DNA of 64,000 nucleotides from Podarcis vaucheri. Taxonomy: Eukaryota. Shown in pieces: positions 13,261-26,330 of the stretch (position 1 is the first letter of the stretch; each line of letters begins with the position of its first letter). The stretch lies in the NCBI GenBank assembly GCA_965113315.1, contig OZ220373.1, one strand, 5' to 3'. Under the pieces are notes generated by a model, which had not been told where the DNA came from, searched no databases, and worked only from the letters and a program-made list of their open reading frames with translations. Position numbers and translations under genes: made by a program.

Positions 13261-13718
13261 AAAACTGGCACACATATATGGATGCAAATTAAGGAATCAT
13301 TGGTGACCATCCATTCATGGTAGAACAGATTCGATTTGTGCAGCAGAACTTCCTCTTCCTATATCTGCTTCCTGCAAATTTGTTGCCTCCAGAGCAGGGT
13401 TTTTTGGGGGAAGGGCAGTGTCTGAGGGGCAGCAGCGGGGCTGTGTGGGGAAGGTATTGGAAACCAGACATTTGCTATCATTTAAATGGAAATCACAATC
13501 CATACCACCATTTTGGGAAAGACTGCGACAAGATGTGCCACGTTTCTGTGCAGTCTGCTGCCAAGATGTTCCATGTTGATGGACAGCTTCAAAATCCCTG
13601 GTCTCTCTTTGTGTGGTTCTCTATCTTTATACTGGAGTTCAACTGGGCAGGCTCTCAAAATAGAGGACTTTGTCATGTGTAAAGTAGACTACATGGCTAG
13701 CCACTCTGCTGTTGCTGC

Positions 13719-13762
<44 letters not shown>
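13719..13762. repeat. (ATT)n microsatellite
   Basis: Seen directly; it explains the poly-I/poly-N ORFs. Confidence 0.97.
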
Positions 13763-13763
<1 letters not shown>

Positions 13764-16114
13764 ACAACTGACAATTACAAAGTGGGATATAAATTCCATG
13801 AAAGGAAAAACAGCAATTCACCAGCATTCTGGGCCAATAAATTTCAACATTCAATTGACAAGTAAAGATAATTCTGTTTGGGAGCAAGGCAAACCAGAAA
13901 ATAGTTCCTAAGTTAAACAATACACTGGGTTTGAAACAAACCAGACATTAGGATACAGTATTTGCTGGTTTATGTGTGTGCATGTGAAATAATGTTTCAT
14001 TGCCCTGATACAGATGTACCTGATTTTAATACTCTAGACATTTAAATGATTACTCATGTGAATGGTTAAGAGTCCATTTCCAGAAAAGGGCTTCTTTTTT
14101 ATGTAATCCATGTGCTGTTGATCATGTAGGGAAAAAGCCTTTTTCTTTCCACAATGGGCAGGCTTAAAGCATTTTAGGAGAAATTGGAAAGCAGAGTGAA
14201 AGGCCTTCTGTTTTATTATCTTTAAACTTCAAATGCAATATCCCAAGGTTCTAAGGGCTAGTTCCATTTCTGTTGCCTTCTTTGGGTCTTTAAAATACAT
14301 GAAGAAAATTCCCAAAGGTCTGTATTTTTAATGTTAGAATAGCCACACATGAGCCTGGTTACAGACATGTGGTGGAACAGCTACATTGTAAAAAACAATG
14401 GCTGCAATTAGATCTGCCAGATTAAAAGAAGCAGCAGCAGCTTTAGCTTCGTTACCTAATTCGGAGCAGAAATATGTACTCCAGCTTCACCACTCTAGTC
14501 ACAGGTTGCATTCACAGGAGCCATTTTGGATATCTCTGTGTGTGCATGCACACTAACAGAGATGACGTTTAGGGAAAACTCACTGGCAGGTATCATGCTC
14601 CCAGCTACTACCTGGCACACTTTTTTTTGTCAACCTGCAAAAGTTTAGCGTGAAGGCAGGAAGATTTGGTTTCACAGTAATATCATGCAATGATGCTTAA
14701 CAGTGAGGGCAAAAAATGGCGCCCAGAAGAACAAGCCTTTAGTGAAAATGTTACTGTTGACAGGACCATAAGGTAGACAAGGCAATAATGGTGATCCTAG
14801 CTATTAGTGGTTTGTGAAAAAGTTTGCCCCCAGAGCTCCCACTTTTGAACTGAAAGAACACTGGGCACAGCTCTATTTTTGACTTGTGACTCAGGGGTCT
14901 ACTTGGGTTTAATTGCTTAGCTCTAATTTCTCAAATAAGTAACTGATACATTGCAATATATCTGATGAAACCACCGTGCCATCATGAAGTTTCATAGAGC
15001 ATCTCCAGAATATTTAAAAATGCATGTGTGAAGCATCACTTTTGATGGAAAACCAAGATTTGAATCTCCCCCCCCAAAAAAATAGAATACTGAAACAGTT
15101 TTTAAAAATGTTAATTCTCAACTTCCTGAGGATGAATGTAGGTGGTGATTGAAATAAAACTGGAAAATTACAAAAGCACACCTCTTAAGTGTCTTTCAGG
15201 ATGCTACATCAAATTATACAGGCTGTTTAAAAAAGCACACCCCCAGTTATTTGTCTTGTTTTAGAAAACCGGGGAAGTTAGTTGTATTTTAAAAGCCAGA
15301 TAGTATGAATTTGAGGAATACTTTCCATGTTGATATTAACCCCAAAATGGAACCCAAAAAGGAAATCACTTCACAAACGTGAAACATCTCAGCTTCAGCC
15401 TTCCCCTAGATGAAAAGGGAATGATGACTTACTGCCCAGGATTAGAAGGGGGAGCATTCGATCAAAACTGAAAAGTGCTTTTGAGTACACACTGGGAAAA
15501 AATAAGAAAAGATAAATGAGTAAAAATAAAGCTGGATTTCAGATTTGAATAATTTCATGGATTAATGTGGTGTGAATTTAGATCAGGGTATTGGCCAAAG
15601 GAAACAAACACTCAGATTCACTTGAATAGTGTTAGTTGTTACAGCTGTCATAGAGACCATATGGAGAAGTCGTTGACCTGGGGTAAAAGTGCAGAAACAT
15701 TATGAAGTCTGCTCTGCTAACAGTCTTGTGCTGATTTCAGTGAGTTTGAGTCCATTCAGCAAAACACCTCCTCGAATGACATTTTCCTAAATGCGGCATT
15801 ACTGAACTAGGGTATAATGTTCCTGTGGCCAGGTGCTACTGGACTACCATTATAATTCTGTTATTTTCTAAGCGGGGGTAGCATTTCGGTCTAGATGTGG
15901 GAAGTTGAAACAGACCAGGGACTTGGAATGGCTGAAATATAAAAGGAAACACCTTGGATGGAACCAGGATGGAACCATACTTCTCTGAGATGCGAGACAC
16001 ACAAAGATTGGTTCAAAGGGTATTTATTGTGTTTTAAGCTTCTCACGTTCCAGCTTCTGCGTGAGCAATTAACATCTTTGCTTATAACAATGCTACAGCC
16101 AAAAGAACCCAAGG

Positions 16115-16420
16115 AAGAGACCAGCTGGATTAGCCAAAGGCCTCAACAGTGGCCAATCTGAGGCAAGTCAGAAGCCTGCAAGCACAGGCAGTATAGGACT
16201 CTCTTGCTTGTGATTTGTGGCAAATGGTATTCAGAAGCACTTGCCTTTGATACCTGAGGCAATGTAGCCATCATCCCTAGTAGCCATTCATAGCCTTACT
16301 TATTTTCCCCCACAACATTTATATAACACTTGATTGCTATAAAAATTAAAAATGGCTTACCTTCCATGAATATATCCATTCCCTCTTTAAAGCTGTCCAG
16401 CCTGGTGGCCGTTACTACAT
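16115..16420 (-). mobile_element. CR1 3' end fragment (degraded)
   Basis: gctggattagccaaagg...tagccattcatagcc...ccatgaat...ctctttaaagc matches the pattern of 37255-37505. Confidence 0.6.
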
Positions 16421-16447
16421 TCAAAACAGCTGGCATGATGGTTAGAG

Positions 16448-17375
16448 CAGTACTTCTCAAACTATTTGATGTGGTGGGCTGTCAATTCCCCCCACCCTAT
16501 TGTTCCAGGGAATGGTACTATGTTTGCGTCTTGAGGTCCCAAGCCAGCCTCCCATGAAATAACTACAGACGGACACAGAACTAAGGTTGATGGGTAACAT
16601 TAAGGCCACAACTTTATTGATTGCAAATTAAATGTGAGTGGTATTGGCATAGGCATTGGCTGAAGACTATAACAGACTGCTGCCCCAGTTGACAGAGTCT
16701 ATGTAGGTAAACCCATCGGGGCAGCATCATAGGGGTTTTGCCCGACAGAAGCTTACCGCGAGGTTCCTGTGATCCCGGCATGGCCCTAGCCTATCAAGCA
16801 GACTTCAGAAGAGATCCGGGACCCCCAGATTCCTTTAACGGAATACCTTTTGATCATTGAGGGGCAGGTGATGGCCACACACAAAATTAAGCCAATGCTT
16901 AACTGCCAAACCTTGAAAGTTGTGATGATTGCTAAGGGGGTAGGCAAAAAACCAAGTGGCCAGAGCCAATTTGCCAAATGGATAAAAATTCCTACCCGGC
17001 CCCTGTCCCAAGAAATTTGACTCACACATAGTCCAAAGCAAGGCTGAGAACCTACGCTAAGCGCGGGAGGGCGGGTGTTCAGCAGCGTCAATCAAGTGCC
17101 TAGGGCACTCTTGCGCTGATGCTTATTTGATTCCTTAACCAACCACCCCCACCTCTTCCCTGATTGGCTGTGACCCATGATGCCTATTTAGAGAAATGAA
17201 ACTTAGACCTAGAAACGAAACCTACTTAGTCAGGGGTGTGTCCAGGGGCCCAGTTGCAAGATGATGCCATTTGGTCCCTTAAGCATCATATGCAACCTGG
17301 GCTGTGGCATAGTTGGCATGGACCAGCAGCCATGGTACAGCACTGGCCCATGGACTTCCTCTCTGAGTAGCACTG
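16448..17375. mobile_element. hAT (Charlie-like) MITE hosting a nested terminal-repeat element
   Basis: TIR cagtacttctcaaa / tctgagtagcactg. 8-bp TSD ggttagag (16440-16447) / gattagag (17376-17383). Confidence 0.8.
16524..17240 (-). mobile_element. Terminal-repeat retroelement remnant, copy A (LTR-like; possibly Ngaro/DIRS-type)
   Basis: The minus strand carries ggtaggaattttt...ggcaaattggc...ttttttgcctacc, caataaagttgtggcc and the end acgcaa, shared with 58535-59332 and 62600-63385. 5' boundary approximate. Confidence 0.6.
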
Positions 17376-17639
17376 GATTAGAGGAAAAATCTGTTGGCAT
17401 TGGCTGACTATGCCATGATGTCTCCTACTCTCCCCTTCAGTGCAAACCATTTGTCAAACCAGTAGGATCTCCTTCCAGTTTATTGGAAGAATGCAAGACT
17501 CTTCTTGAGATCTTTCCAGAGCGGTGGATGAAGCAGAACTTATGAAAACAAGGAAGGGGAGAGTATGAATTGTGTGCCAGCATTTAGATTAGATAAACAA
17601 GGAAATGACTTAGGTTAACCCTTCTTTAACACAGGCTGG

Positions 17640-17960
17640 AACTTTAGATAAAAAAACAATGTTTTGTGGACTAAAAACTCCAAAGGAACCATAGATTTAA
17701 ATATTTTATGTTTACATCCATTATTGCTTTATAAAAGCAATGTGTTGGAAGAGTACCTTTCGCCTGATCCCTGAGTCCTTCAAGGATCAGTTCTTGGCTT
17801 GTTATCCTTATCATTATATATTAATGTTATTGATCCAGGCTTTTAAATCTCAACATTTCATCTCTGTGGAGATGACACTATTATTTATAGGTCAGACAGA
17901 TATTTACATGGCATTTAGTTTGGTCTCTAGCGTGATTTTGATAAATTCCAAGATATTAAC
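17640..17960 (+). mobile_element. Ancient non-LTR retrotransposon RT fossil (L2/CR1/Rex1-type)
   Basis: From 17775 it reads VLQGSVLGLLSLSLYINVIDPGF*ISTFHLCGDDTIIY...RDFDKFQ, matching [16 protein letters not shown] and YADDT motifs with correct spacing. KQCV lies upstream in another frame. Confidence 0.65.
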
Positions 17961-18393
17961 AACGCGGATAATGGCATTGTAAATTCTTAGAGATCTTATG
18001 TGAAAGCACTTGAGGCAAGTTTCAGAATAAAAACTGTGGATTATTCTATGCCTAATCCTTGCTTAGTTGGACCCTCTCTCGTTCAAATTTTGCACATTTG
18101 AAATCTCTCCAGATATAGTTAAATTAGTCTTAAAATGCAATTGCAGCTTTGTCCTAGGGCTTTATAAATTGTATGTGGTTGAAGATAATTGCCATTGTTT
18201 ATAACAACAGACAGTGCTTAAAAACCGCAGGCAAAATCAAACATTTACTGCATATATCCAAGATTTTGTGAACAACATTCCATTGGGTCAGTTTAATAGC
18301 ATTTTTTTGTGTTTGATGTTTAAATTAACCTATGCCAACTTGACAATTTGGGCAGGTAACCCTTGAAATGAAAACAGAAATACACTGGTTTTA

Positions 18394-19371
18394 TTTTTTT
18401 TTAAAGTTTTTTATTGCATTTTTCCAGATAAGAGTGAACAAACAAAGCAAGAAGAAAAGAAAAAGAAATAGAAGAAAAAAGAAAAAACAAACCATTTCAA
18501 CAACTTATTTCAACTTTCCAACGGACTTCCCCACATCTCCCGCACAGAGCATTCTTAACAATAAATTTATCAGCAAATTATAACCTTGTTTCGTGTGTTT
18601 CTTTTATACTTTCAATTACAATTTAAGTTTAAGTTCCTTATTTCCCGTTTACTCTATAAGCAAACATACTATCCTTTTTGACCATTTAAACATTGATTCT
18701 TTCATTAATATTATCTAATTTTGTATGTATTCCACTCTCGTTGCTGGGGCTAACATTTGAATTCATGCGAAATCCTATAGTTCGTATAACTTATAAAACT
18801 TTTGCAAATAGTCCTTAAATTTTTTCCAGTCCTCCTCCATTGCTTCTTCTCCCAAGTCTCGGATCCTGGCAGTCATCTCAGCTAGCTCCATGTAGTTCAT
18901 CAATTGCGTCTGCCACTCTTCCAGTGTGGGCAAATCTTGAGTCTTCCAATACTTAGCGATAAGGATTCTTGCTGCTGTGGTAGCATACATAAAAAAGGTT
19001 CTATCCTTCTTTAACACCTTTTGGCCGACAATGCCCAGAAGGAAGGCCTCCGGTTTCTTAGGGAAGGTGTACTTAAACACCTTTTTTAACTCGTTATAGA
19101 TCATTTCCCAGAAGGCCTTCACTCTTGGACAGGTCCACCAAAGGTGAAAGAATGTCCCCTCAGCCTCCTTGCATTTCCAACATTTATTATCAGACAAATG
19201 GTATATCTTAGCAAGCTTGACTGGGGTCATGTACCACCTGTATACCATTTTCATAATGTTTTCTTTCAAGGCATTACATGCCGTAAACTTCATACCGGTG
19301 GTCCATAACCTTTCCCAATCCTCAGACATGATATTATAACCAATGTCTTGAGCCCATTTTATCATGGCTGA
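18394..19371 (-). mobile_element. 5'-truncated L1 LINE (ORF2 C-terminus, 3'UTR, A-rich tail)
   Basis: ORF 18775-19365 carries the CCHC knuckle CWKCKEAEGTFFHLWWTC. 18-bp TSD agaaatacactggtttta (18376-18393 / 19372-19389). Confidence 0.92.
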
Positions 19372-20089
19372 AGAAATACACTGGTTTTAGTAGGTATTGA
19401 AAAATATTGCAAAATGATCAGGTTAAATAAATGTTTAACAATGCAATTCTATGTATGTTTATTCAGAAGTAAGTCCTACTAAGTTCAGTGGTCTTAATCT
19501 ACACTTATTCCACATGTGGGGAGTGGCAGGTGTTTCACCCTTATCTTCACATGAAGATATGATCAATATTCACAAGATTATGCACATTGTTGAGAAAGTA
19601 AGTAAAGTGGATTCCCTCCTCTTCCTCTTTGATAACACTTGGTGACTGATTGGCAGTAGATTCAAGACAGGTAAGAGAAGTCGCTTCACATACTATTTAG
19701 TTCACAGAAATCTGTGCAGGAAATTTTATTTAGAACATTTCCATATTGCTATTCAGCCCTAAAAGTAGTTTCAGAGCGGATCACAGAATTCAAAATAACA
19801 ATAAACAGAATAAAACCAATCTGCAAACTCATTAAGAATTCATTAAAACAATAAAATTGATGTTAAAACCCAGTACAGTATATTGATTAAAATACCAAGA
19901 AAAACAGATTGTGGACTCAGCTACATTAGTAAAGAAAACGTGATATGCGTTATAACACTGTGGTGGCAGATGCACTGTGGAGTCCCGTCTTTCACTAATG
20001 TGACTTCCCATTATAAGGTTTACAACACGTTTTCCTGAAACACTTTTTTTGATGTGCCTAGATCCAGCCCTGGTCAAATGAAGATCTTC

Positions 20090-20470
20090 CTCTGGAACAA
20101 AAGACCTTATGGAAGTCGGTGCCTGAGGGAAGGTATTCCAGTGGTGGGCATCAGCACCGAAAATGCTTTATCAGAGGTGAATTCCTATTATGTCACCTCT
20201 GAAGGCAGATAGACCTTAGGAAGGACCTTGGATGAAGATCTGAACATCTGAGGAGGTTCATGTGGGAGCAGGTACACTGTGTACATTGGTCTAGAGGTTT
20301 AAACTTAAGGCTAGAACTTTCAATGGTACTTGGAAATGGACCAGAAGCCAGTGTAGTTGCTGGTTAGAAACATTCCCTACCCCTGGGCCCAGTCAGTAAT
20401 CCAGCTGCTGTATTTTGAACCAACTAAAGTTTCTGATCTGGCTTCGAAATCAGCCTGGTGTGCAATGTGG
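20090..20470 (-). mobile_element. LINE-2 3' fragment (degraded)
   Basis: gctgctgtattttgaaccaact (rc LVQNTAA) plus agaactttcaatggtacttggaaatggaccagaagccagtg. Confidence 0.6.
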
Positions 20471-23118
20471 AAGTTTCTTAGGCATTTTCTTAGGCATTTT
20501 CTTAGGCCCTAGATTGTCTCCAAATCCCCAGGTTGGGCACTGGGTCTCTCTGGACAGGAAGCCAAGGTTGTTATAACCTTTGCACTTGGGATGAACAATT
20601 TATTTTTCTAGGTTATGGAGTGTGTCTCTTTGTTCTTGGCTGCAGCTCCATGACCTTGTTCCCCAACTCCTGGCCACCGCTGACAGGTGCCTAGAACTTG
20701 GCTTCAACATTCACTGAGGATACATCTACCAATGGTTTATAGCTATGAGGGCAATATAGCTCTTCCATTTCCAGAGAGAGTATACCATTAAATGCCATGG
20801 TGGTATGGCAACAGCCAGGTGGTGCTAATCCCTTAATGCCCTTCTGCTGATTGGACTTTGGTCGAATACACCAGAGTCCTTCTTAGGTTGCATTCTAACT
20901 ACTCAAGACAGAACTAGGCATTACTCAGTGCAAGAGACTGCTGAAAACTGGATCTCAGTGTCAAGTTCTCTATCCTCTCCTGTCCCACCAGCAAAATAGC
21001 CAAACTGCCATCCCAGCCCCTCTTCTCCCAACCTTTGTGTGTTAACCATGAAAGCCTATAGGAACCTGAACCAACATCCAGTTTCTACTGACCATGGTTA
21101 GAGTCCCCTTGCAGACTTTCATGCTCAATGTATGAAGGTTAGCAGAGGAGGGGGGGGTAGGAATGGCATGCAGTGAGATGTTGGAGGCAGGGCCCATGCC
21201 CCTTCTTTGTTTCAGCACCCACATATTCTTCCGCATGCCAAAAGAGGGCTCTAGATAGGCCATGTTTTGGGTACTGTATAATTCTACCATCAGAATAAAG
21301 TTCTCTCTAGGTGAGTCCAAGGTCAAAAGGTGGCAGATCTCTTAGGAAAGTATTTAGCATTGCATTCCAGGTAACACAATGGTTAATTTTTTTTTTAAAA
21401 AACAACAACATATAGTGATGCACAGTGCTTGGAATAATATGTAGTTCCTGCTGATATTTTTTTAGCATCAGGTCATCAAAGACAGCGGTCCAAAAGATAG
21501 GTGACAGTTGCTTATTAACTTCTTTGGTTTAATATGCCTGCTGTGTTGTGGAATATGTACACTGTAAAATGCCTTAGTCGTGCAAATCTTAAATAAAAGC
21601 TGACAGTAGTATCTCGTGGTGGGTCTTCCAATGAGGTATGACAAGTTATTTGAGGTCCATGCTGTTGCAGATGCCATAGGAAGTTCTTTGTTGCAGTCAT
21701 CCAATTAAGCCAGAGATGGGAAGACAGTTTGAGATTCTGTTTGACATAAAGAGTCAGCTTGGAGGCTATTTTAAAATCCATATTAGAGAGTTCCTGATGG
21801 TTTGTGCATGCCTAAGCATACAGAACAAAAGATAACAAAGGGAAGTAGTGTTCCAAGTGAACCAGACCTTACAGCTAAGCAAATAGTACAAACTGTTCAC
21901 TCTGAATTCTTTTTGGAAGATCCATCTGCCATTGTGGTCACATTCATTTTATATTCCTTCTGTGGGCAGAATCCAGTGGCTGAGTTTTATTTGCAAGAAA
22001 GCTTTCTGACAACTATTTTTGGTTTCCATAAACATTTCTCCAATATATACTTCTGTTTTGACTTCTGAAAATGATTGCACATTGATGAGTAAACTTTATA
22101 AATTTCTCTCACACAGCAAAGCACCTGCTTCCAAAGTCCTATTCATCTAAGCAATTATCTAAGCAGTTATGAGAGCAAATACAACACCATTCTTCATTCA
22201 GTCAATACTTTTAATACCCATGTTGATGGCAAGAATAAGTAGTGGGAGCGATCTGAGCTAACATTTTTATATACTGTACTGTCCTTTATTATCAAATTTC
22301 AGGCAGTCACAATAAACCATTAATTATGGCTTACTGTAAAGTGCAAATGCACCTATTCATTTCTATGGGATTTACTTCTAGGTCAGTGTGTAATATTGCA
22401 TCCTTAATGTCTGAAACAACCTGACATCAATATCTTATCTTGGAAAACTGGTTCCACAGCTTGAGAAGTTTCTCTACAAAGAAAATTCACCAGCATTTGG
22501 CATTGCCAGGAACTCATTTGTTGTCTTTCATGACCAAAGCAGCACTCATCTTTTCGTCAACATTTTATTCAGCAACTTTGTAGATGTGTTTTTCCAGCAT
22601 TCAAGAACCAACATGAGAGTTGAAAAGAAGTAGGACAGAAAGCAATAGGTAGAAAAACGAAAACATCAACCATGTTGCACTTTTTGTGAGCTGTTTTTAC
22701 GTTTGTAAAGAAGAACTGACAAATCATGATAATGAATGGAGCAAATATTTTTTGGTAAGTCAGAAGTGCAGAAAAACTATGGAACTGGTTTCTAGAACAA
22801 CATATTTTTCATAAAGGATCTAATTTTCTGATATGCCACACAAGGAAAAGTAACAAGTATACCCTCACAGACACCTCTTAGGATCAGCACTCACAGTATA
22901 ACAACTCTCATCTATTGATGATTGGTTATGAGGGTAATTGCCTACTTGAATGAGCTTATGAGGCCCAGGAAGTAAAGACAGGGAAGGAAACAATATGATC
23001 AACATGCTAATGTAAATGACATGCAACAAAATATTGCAGGGAGGGAACAATAAACACAATTTTTTTGGGAGACAGGGAAAAAATGCTAGCCAGCAAGACT
23101 CCCCCTACCCCAGCAATA

Positions 23119-23370
23119 CTGTATTGGCCCGAATATAAGCCGCACCTGAATATAAGCCGCACATTTAAAAGTCAAGGGGAGAAAAGAAAAAAAGACAATA
23201 CCCGAATATAAGCTGCTCCCTTCCTCGCTTTCTCCCTTCCCGGCCTTGGGGGAGAGGACGAGGACTACGCGCGGGGTAATTTTTGTAAGGTCGCAAATAA
23301 AAGCCACACTTTAACTTTTCATGGTTGGAATTTGGGAAAAAAAGTGTGGCTTATTTTTGGGCCAATACAA
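23119..23370. mobile_element. Tc2/pogo-like MITE
   Basis: TA-flanked. TIR ctgtattggcccgaatataagccgcac / gtgtggcttatttttgggccaatacaa. Repeated gaatataagccgc. Confidence 0.82.
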
Positions 23371-24604
23371 TATATTAAACTTTGCTCACAACTTTCCTTT
23401 CATTCCCACATCTGCACTTCTTATTTGAAAGCATAGAAGTTCAGCATTTAAAAAAAATACTAATTGTTAAACCATGCTATTAATGGAATAAACATTACTG
23501 GTTATTGTATTTCCAGTTGTGCAGTCAGGTAGCCTCATTGGCCCAGATGTCATCCTCACCTTCAGACAGGCCAGGCTCCTGTATCAGTTCACCTCAGATG
23601 CATGTGGCTTGCAAGGCCATGCAACACATCTGATCCACTTTAACCCCAAGCTTCATGTCATTGACATGCCCCTTCAGAAACTTAACTGAGTGTGGCAAGG
23701 ATATTCCAGGGAACCCTAATTAGCAGTCCAGTCTGAGTAAACTAAAATGTAATATTCACTCCGTTATGCTGTTAATAGGTTTTTCCTCTTCACTCTTTCA
23801 TTGGTTTCATTATGCCATTTCTGATGTCAGATTGTAAGCTCTTCAAGGGCTATGACTTTATATACAGCAAGGTAACTCTCTAACTCCTGGGAGCTGATTC
23901 ATAAATAGCGATTCCAAGAGTTTATTTAGGATAAATGACTCACAATGCAGCAAATGGGGCAGATAAAGACATTTTGATGACTATTTTCAAAATTCATACT
24001 GATGAAGAGTCTCTCTTTTTTTTAAGGATAATGTATGAGTCCAAGGCAAGTGAAAGAACAATTTATTTTGGCACTGTAGGATTTTACAAGGACAGAAGGC
24101 AATTAAAAACCCTTGCTGTGGCTAGTTCATTTACTTTACAGTCTGCTTCTCAGACAATGCGGACTTGACCAGTGAATAATTCAGGATAGAAATTAGGATT
24201 TAAATACAAATAAAGCAGCAACTTACTAAATCAACAGTAATGGATTAAAGAAAAGCTGGCAGAATGACTCAGGACTTTACATGCCCACACAGTGACTAAA
24301 GCTAAACTTCTAGCTGTTAAGTAATTTTATGGCAAGTCATATAAGAAAAATAATATGTTAGCATTATTAATTTTTGAAATAAAAAATGTCCTCTAACGGG
24401 AACATTCTGTTTTTCTGGAGGTCATAATGTAAGAAAATGCAGCACCATTATAGCTTATTTACTTACCCTTGTTCAGGATCATTTAGTTTTATTTAAAATG
24501 GAGTATGAGGCACAGAGTTAAGTGCTTTTAGGTACCATTAAGAGAGAGCTAAGTACCAGCCTGATTCTGAAGAAATCTTGAAAATGCTTAACTTTGACCA
24601 GATT

Positions 24605-24780
24605 TAGGGTTACCCTATTTCACAAAGTGAAAATCCAGACACAAAAGTTGTTGAGCTTTTTTTAAATGAAATTCACCAAAATCTACATTTCCGTATGCCC
24701 GGATTTTTCCAGATATTTCTGCCCAAACACCATTTCCGACAACCAATTCCCAGGAAATTCTAGATGTATGGCATACCCTA
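24605..24780. mobile_element. hAT-type MITE (tagggttgcc family), degraded
   Basis: Ends tagggttacc / ggcatacccta. No clear TSD. Confidence 0.55.
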
Positions 24781-25245
24781 GGTATATTTTTCAGCAAAAA
24801 AAGAGTCGAATTCCGACTCTTTCTATTTTTGTTTTTATCCCCATTTCTCTTCCGCTGTGCAAAGGACCATGCAAGTTGCAAATGGAGCAATGGGAAGGCA
24901 GGAATGGGAAAGTCTGAGAAGCTGGCCTCCAGCTGACCTGTTCAGTGAAAAAGTGGCCAGAAGTGGCACCAATATACTTAACTTTCAGTATGGGTTTGCT
25001 AGAGCTGATGTTGTATCAATTGGGACAATTAGGGCTATTGAAAAAGCGCATGCTGATAGCGTTTGCTGCAGTCATTTCCTAGTCTGAGGTAAACACCATA
25101 CCATACTGTCAAAGAGAGAACAGAGCCATTTCTTTCTTCCCTTTGGAAATAAACATTTCCATTGAAGAATGAGTGGAAATGTACAGGTGTCCTGTCCAGT
25201 TAGCAGATGAATACTGTCATCTGCCTGTGTTATTCACATCAGCTT

Positions 25246-25247
25246 CC

Positions 25248-25301
<54 letters not shown>
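25246..25301. repeat. (TC)n microsatellite
   Basis: Seen directly. Confidence 0.97.
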
Positions 25302-25304
<3 letters not shown>

Positions 25305-25659
25305 CTCCCATGGAAGAAAGGACAGAAGTTAAATTGAAGTAGAATATGTATGTACTCAAATAAGAACTTAAGACCAGTCTGCAAGAGAAGGGAAAGTCCA
25401 ATGGAGAACTCACATGAAAGAGCAATATAGAAAGGCAGAGTATGATGATATGCATAGGCTGAGTATGAGAAAATCAGTACTCTGGTGTAGTAAGAAAACT
25501 TGATACACCCTATAGCATGAAGGAAGCTTACCATTTTATGTATTAACACAGTCCATTTGGGCTTACGAATCTACTTGAGGCATTAGGTGTGGTAAGTAAT
25601 GTGAACCCCAATCCTTTCTATGTTTACTGAGAAGCTGCTCTTGCTGTATTCAGTGAGAC

Positions 25660-25940
25660 TTAGACCCCATCTGTATTGTACATTTAAAGCAGTATCGTAG
25701 CATTTTAAACAGTTATGGTTTCCCCCAAAGAAACCTGGGACCTGTAGCTTGTTAAGGGTGCCAAGAGTTGTTAGGAAATCCTTATTCCCCTCACAGAGCT
25801 ACAATTCTCAAGGTAGTTTACCAGTTGACCTCTCTTCTCAGTGAACACTGGGAATTTTAGCTCTTTGAGGAGAAAGCAACAATCAGTAAAAAAAACCCTA
25901 AACAACAACAACAACAAACCAGTGAAGCAGGTATTAAAAC
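25660..25940. mobile_element. Palindromic MITE (catttaaagc / ctacaattccc family, Harbinger-like)
   Basis: Shares cccctcacagagctacaatt and gggaactgtag motifs with 6070-6150, 30510-30680, 42770-42920, 52140-52320 and 55425-55560. Confidence 0.6.
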
Positions 25941-26204
25941 ATGATGAATTGAATTTATTCATTGCCTCATACAGTCTCTAGGTAATGCACCAAAAGTAAG
26001 GAGTACAAAATTCTTTTTAAAAAATCAGTATTTAATCACAAAAAGTAAATAAAACTGCAGAAATGCAGGTCGTAAGGTATTATAAAATGGATATTTGAAC
26101 CCACATAGCTAGAGCCAATCCAGCACACAATAGTGATGGATAGCATTTTTTTTTAAAAAGTACGCATGCAGAAAAATATTGAAAAGATCTCCAAGTCTCA
26201 AATG

Positions 26205-26330
26205 TAGGGGCGGGAACCTTATGACCCTCCAGATGTTGCTAAACTACAACTCCCATCAGCCCTGCTCAATAGCCAAGCTGAATGGAGAATGGAATCCAAC
26301 ATCTGAAGGGTGATAGGTTAGTCATCCTTG
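26205..26330. mobile_element. Short hAT-type MITE (ctccagatgtt...actacaactcccatca family)
   Basis: Same family as 5225-5330, 36290-36425 and 50097-50213. Confidence 0.65.

Noticed and set aside
13317-13920. Overlapping 93-141 aa ORFs with poly-I/poly-N
   Set aside because: The homopolymer tracts come from the (ATT)n microsatellite. No recognisable domain in any of the ORFs.
20474-20507. Short tandem repeats (tttcttaggcat x about 3; also 57318-57357) as CRISPR-like arrays
   Set aside because: Eukaryotic DNA with no array of unique spacers; these are simple slippage duplications.
22711-22754. Possible + strand microexon (ELTNHDNEWSKYFL, donor TTG|gtaagt)
   Set aside because: Weak AAG acceptor, no partner exons, and the peptide is not recognised.
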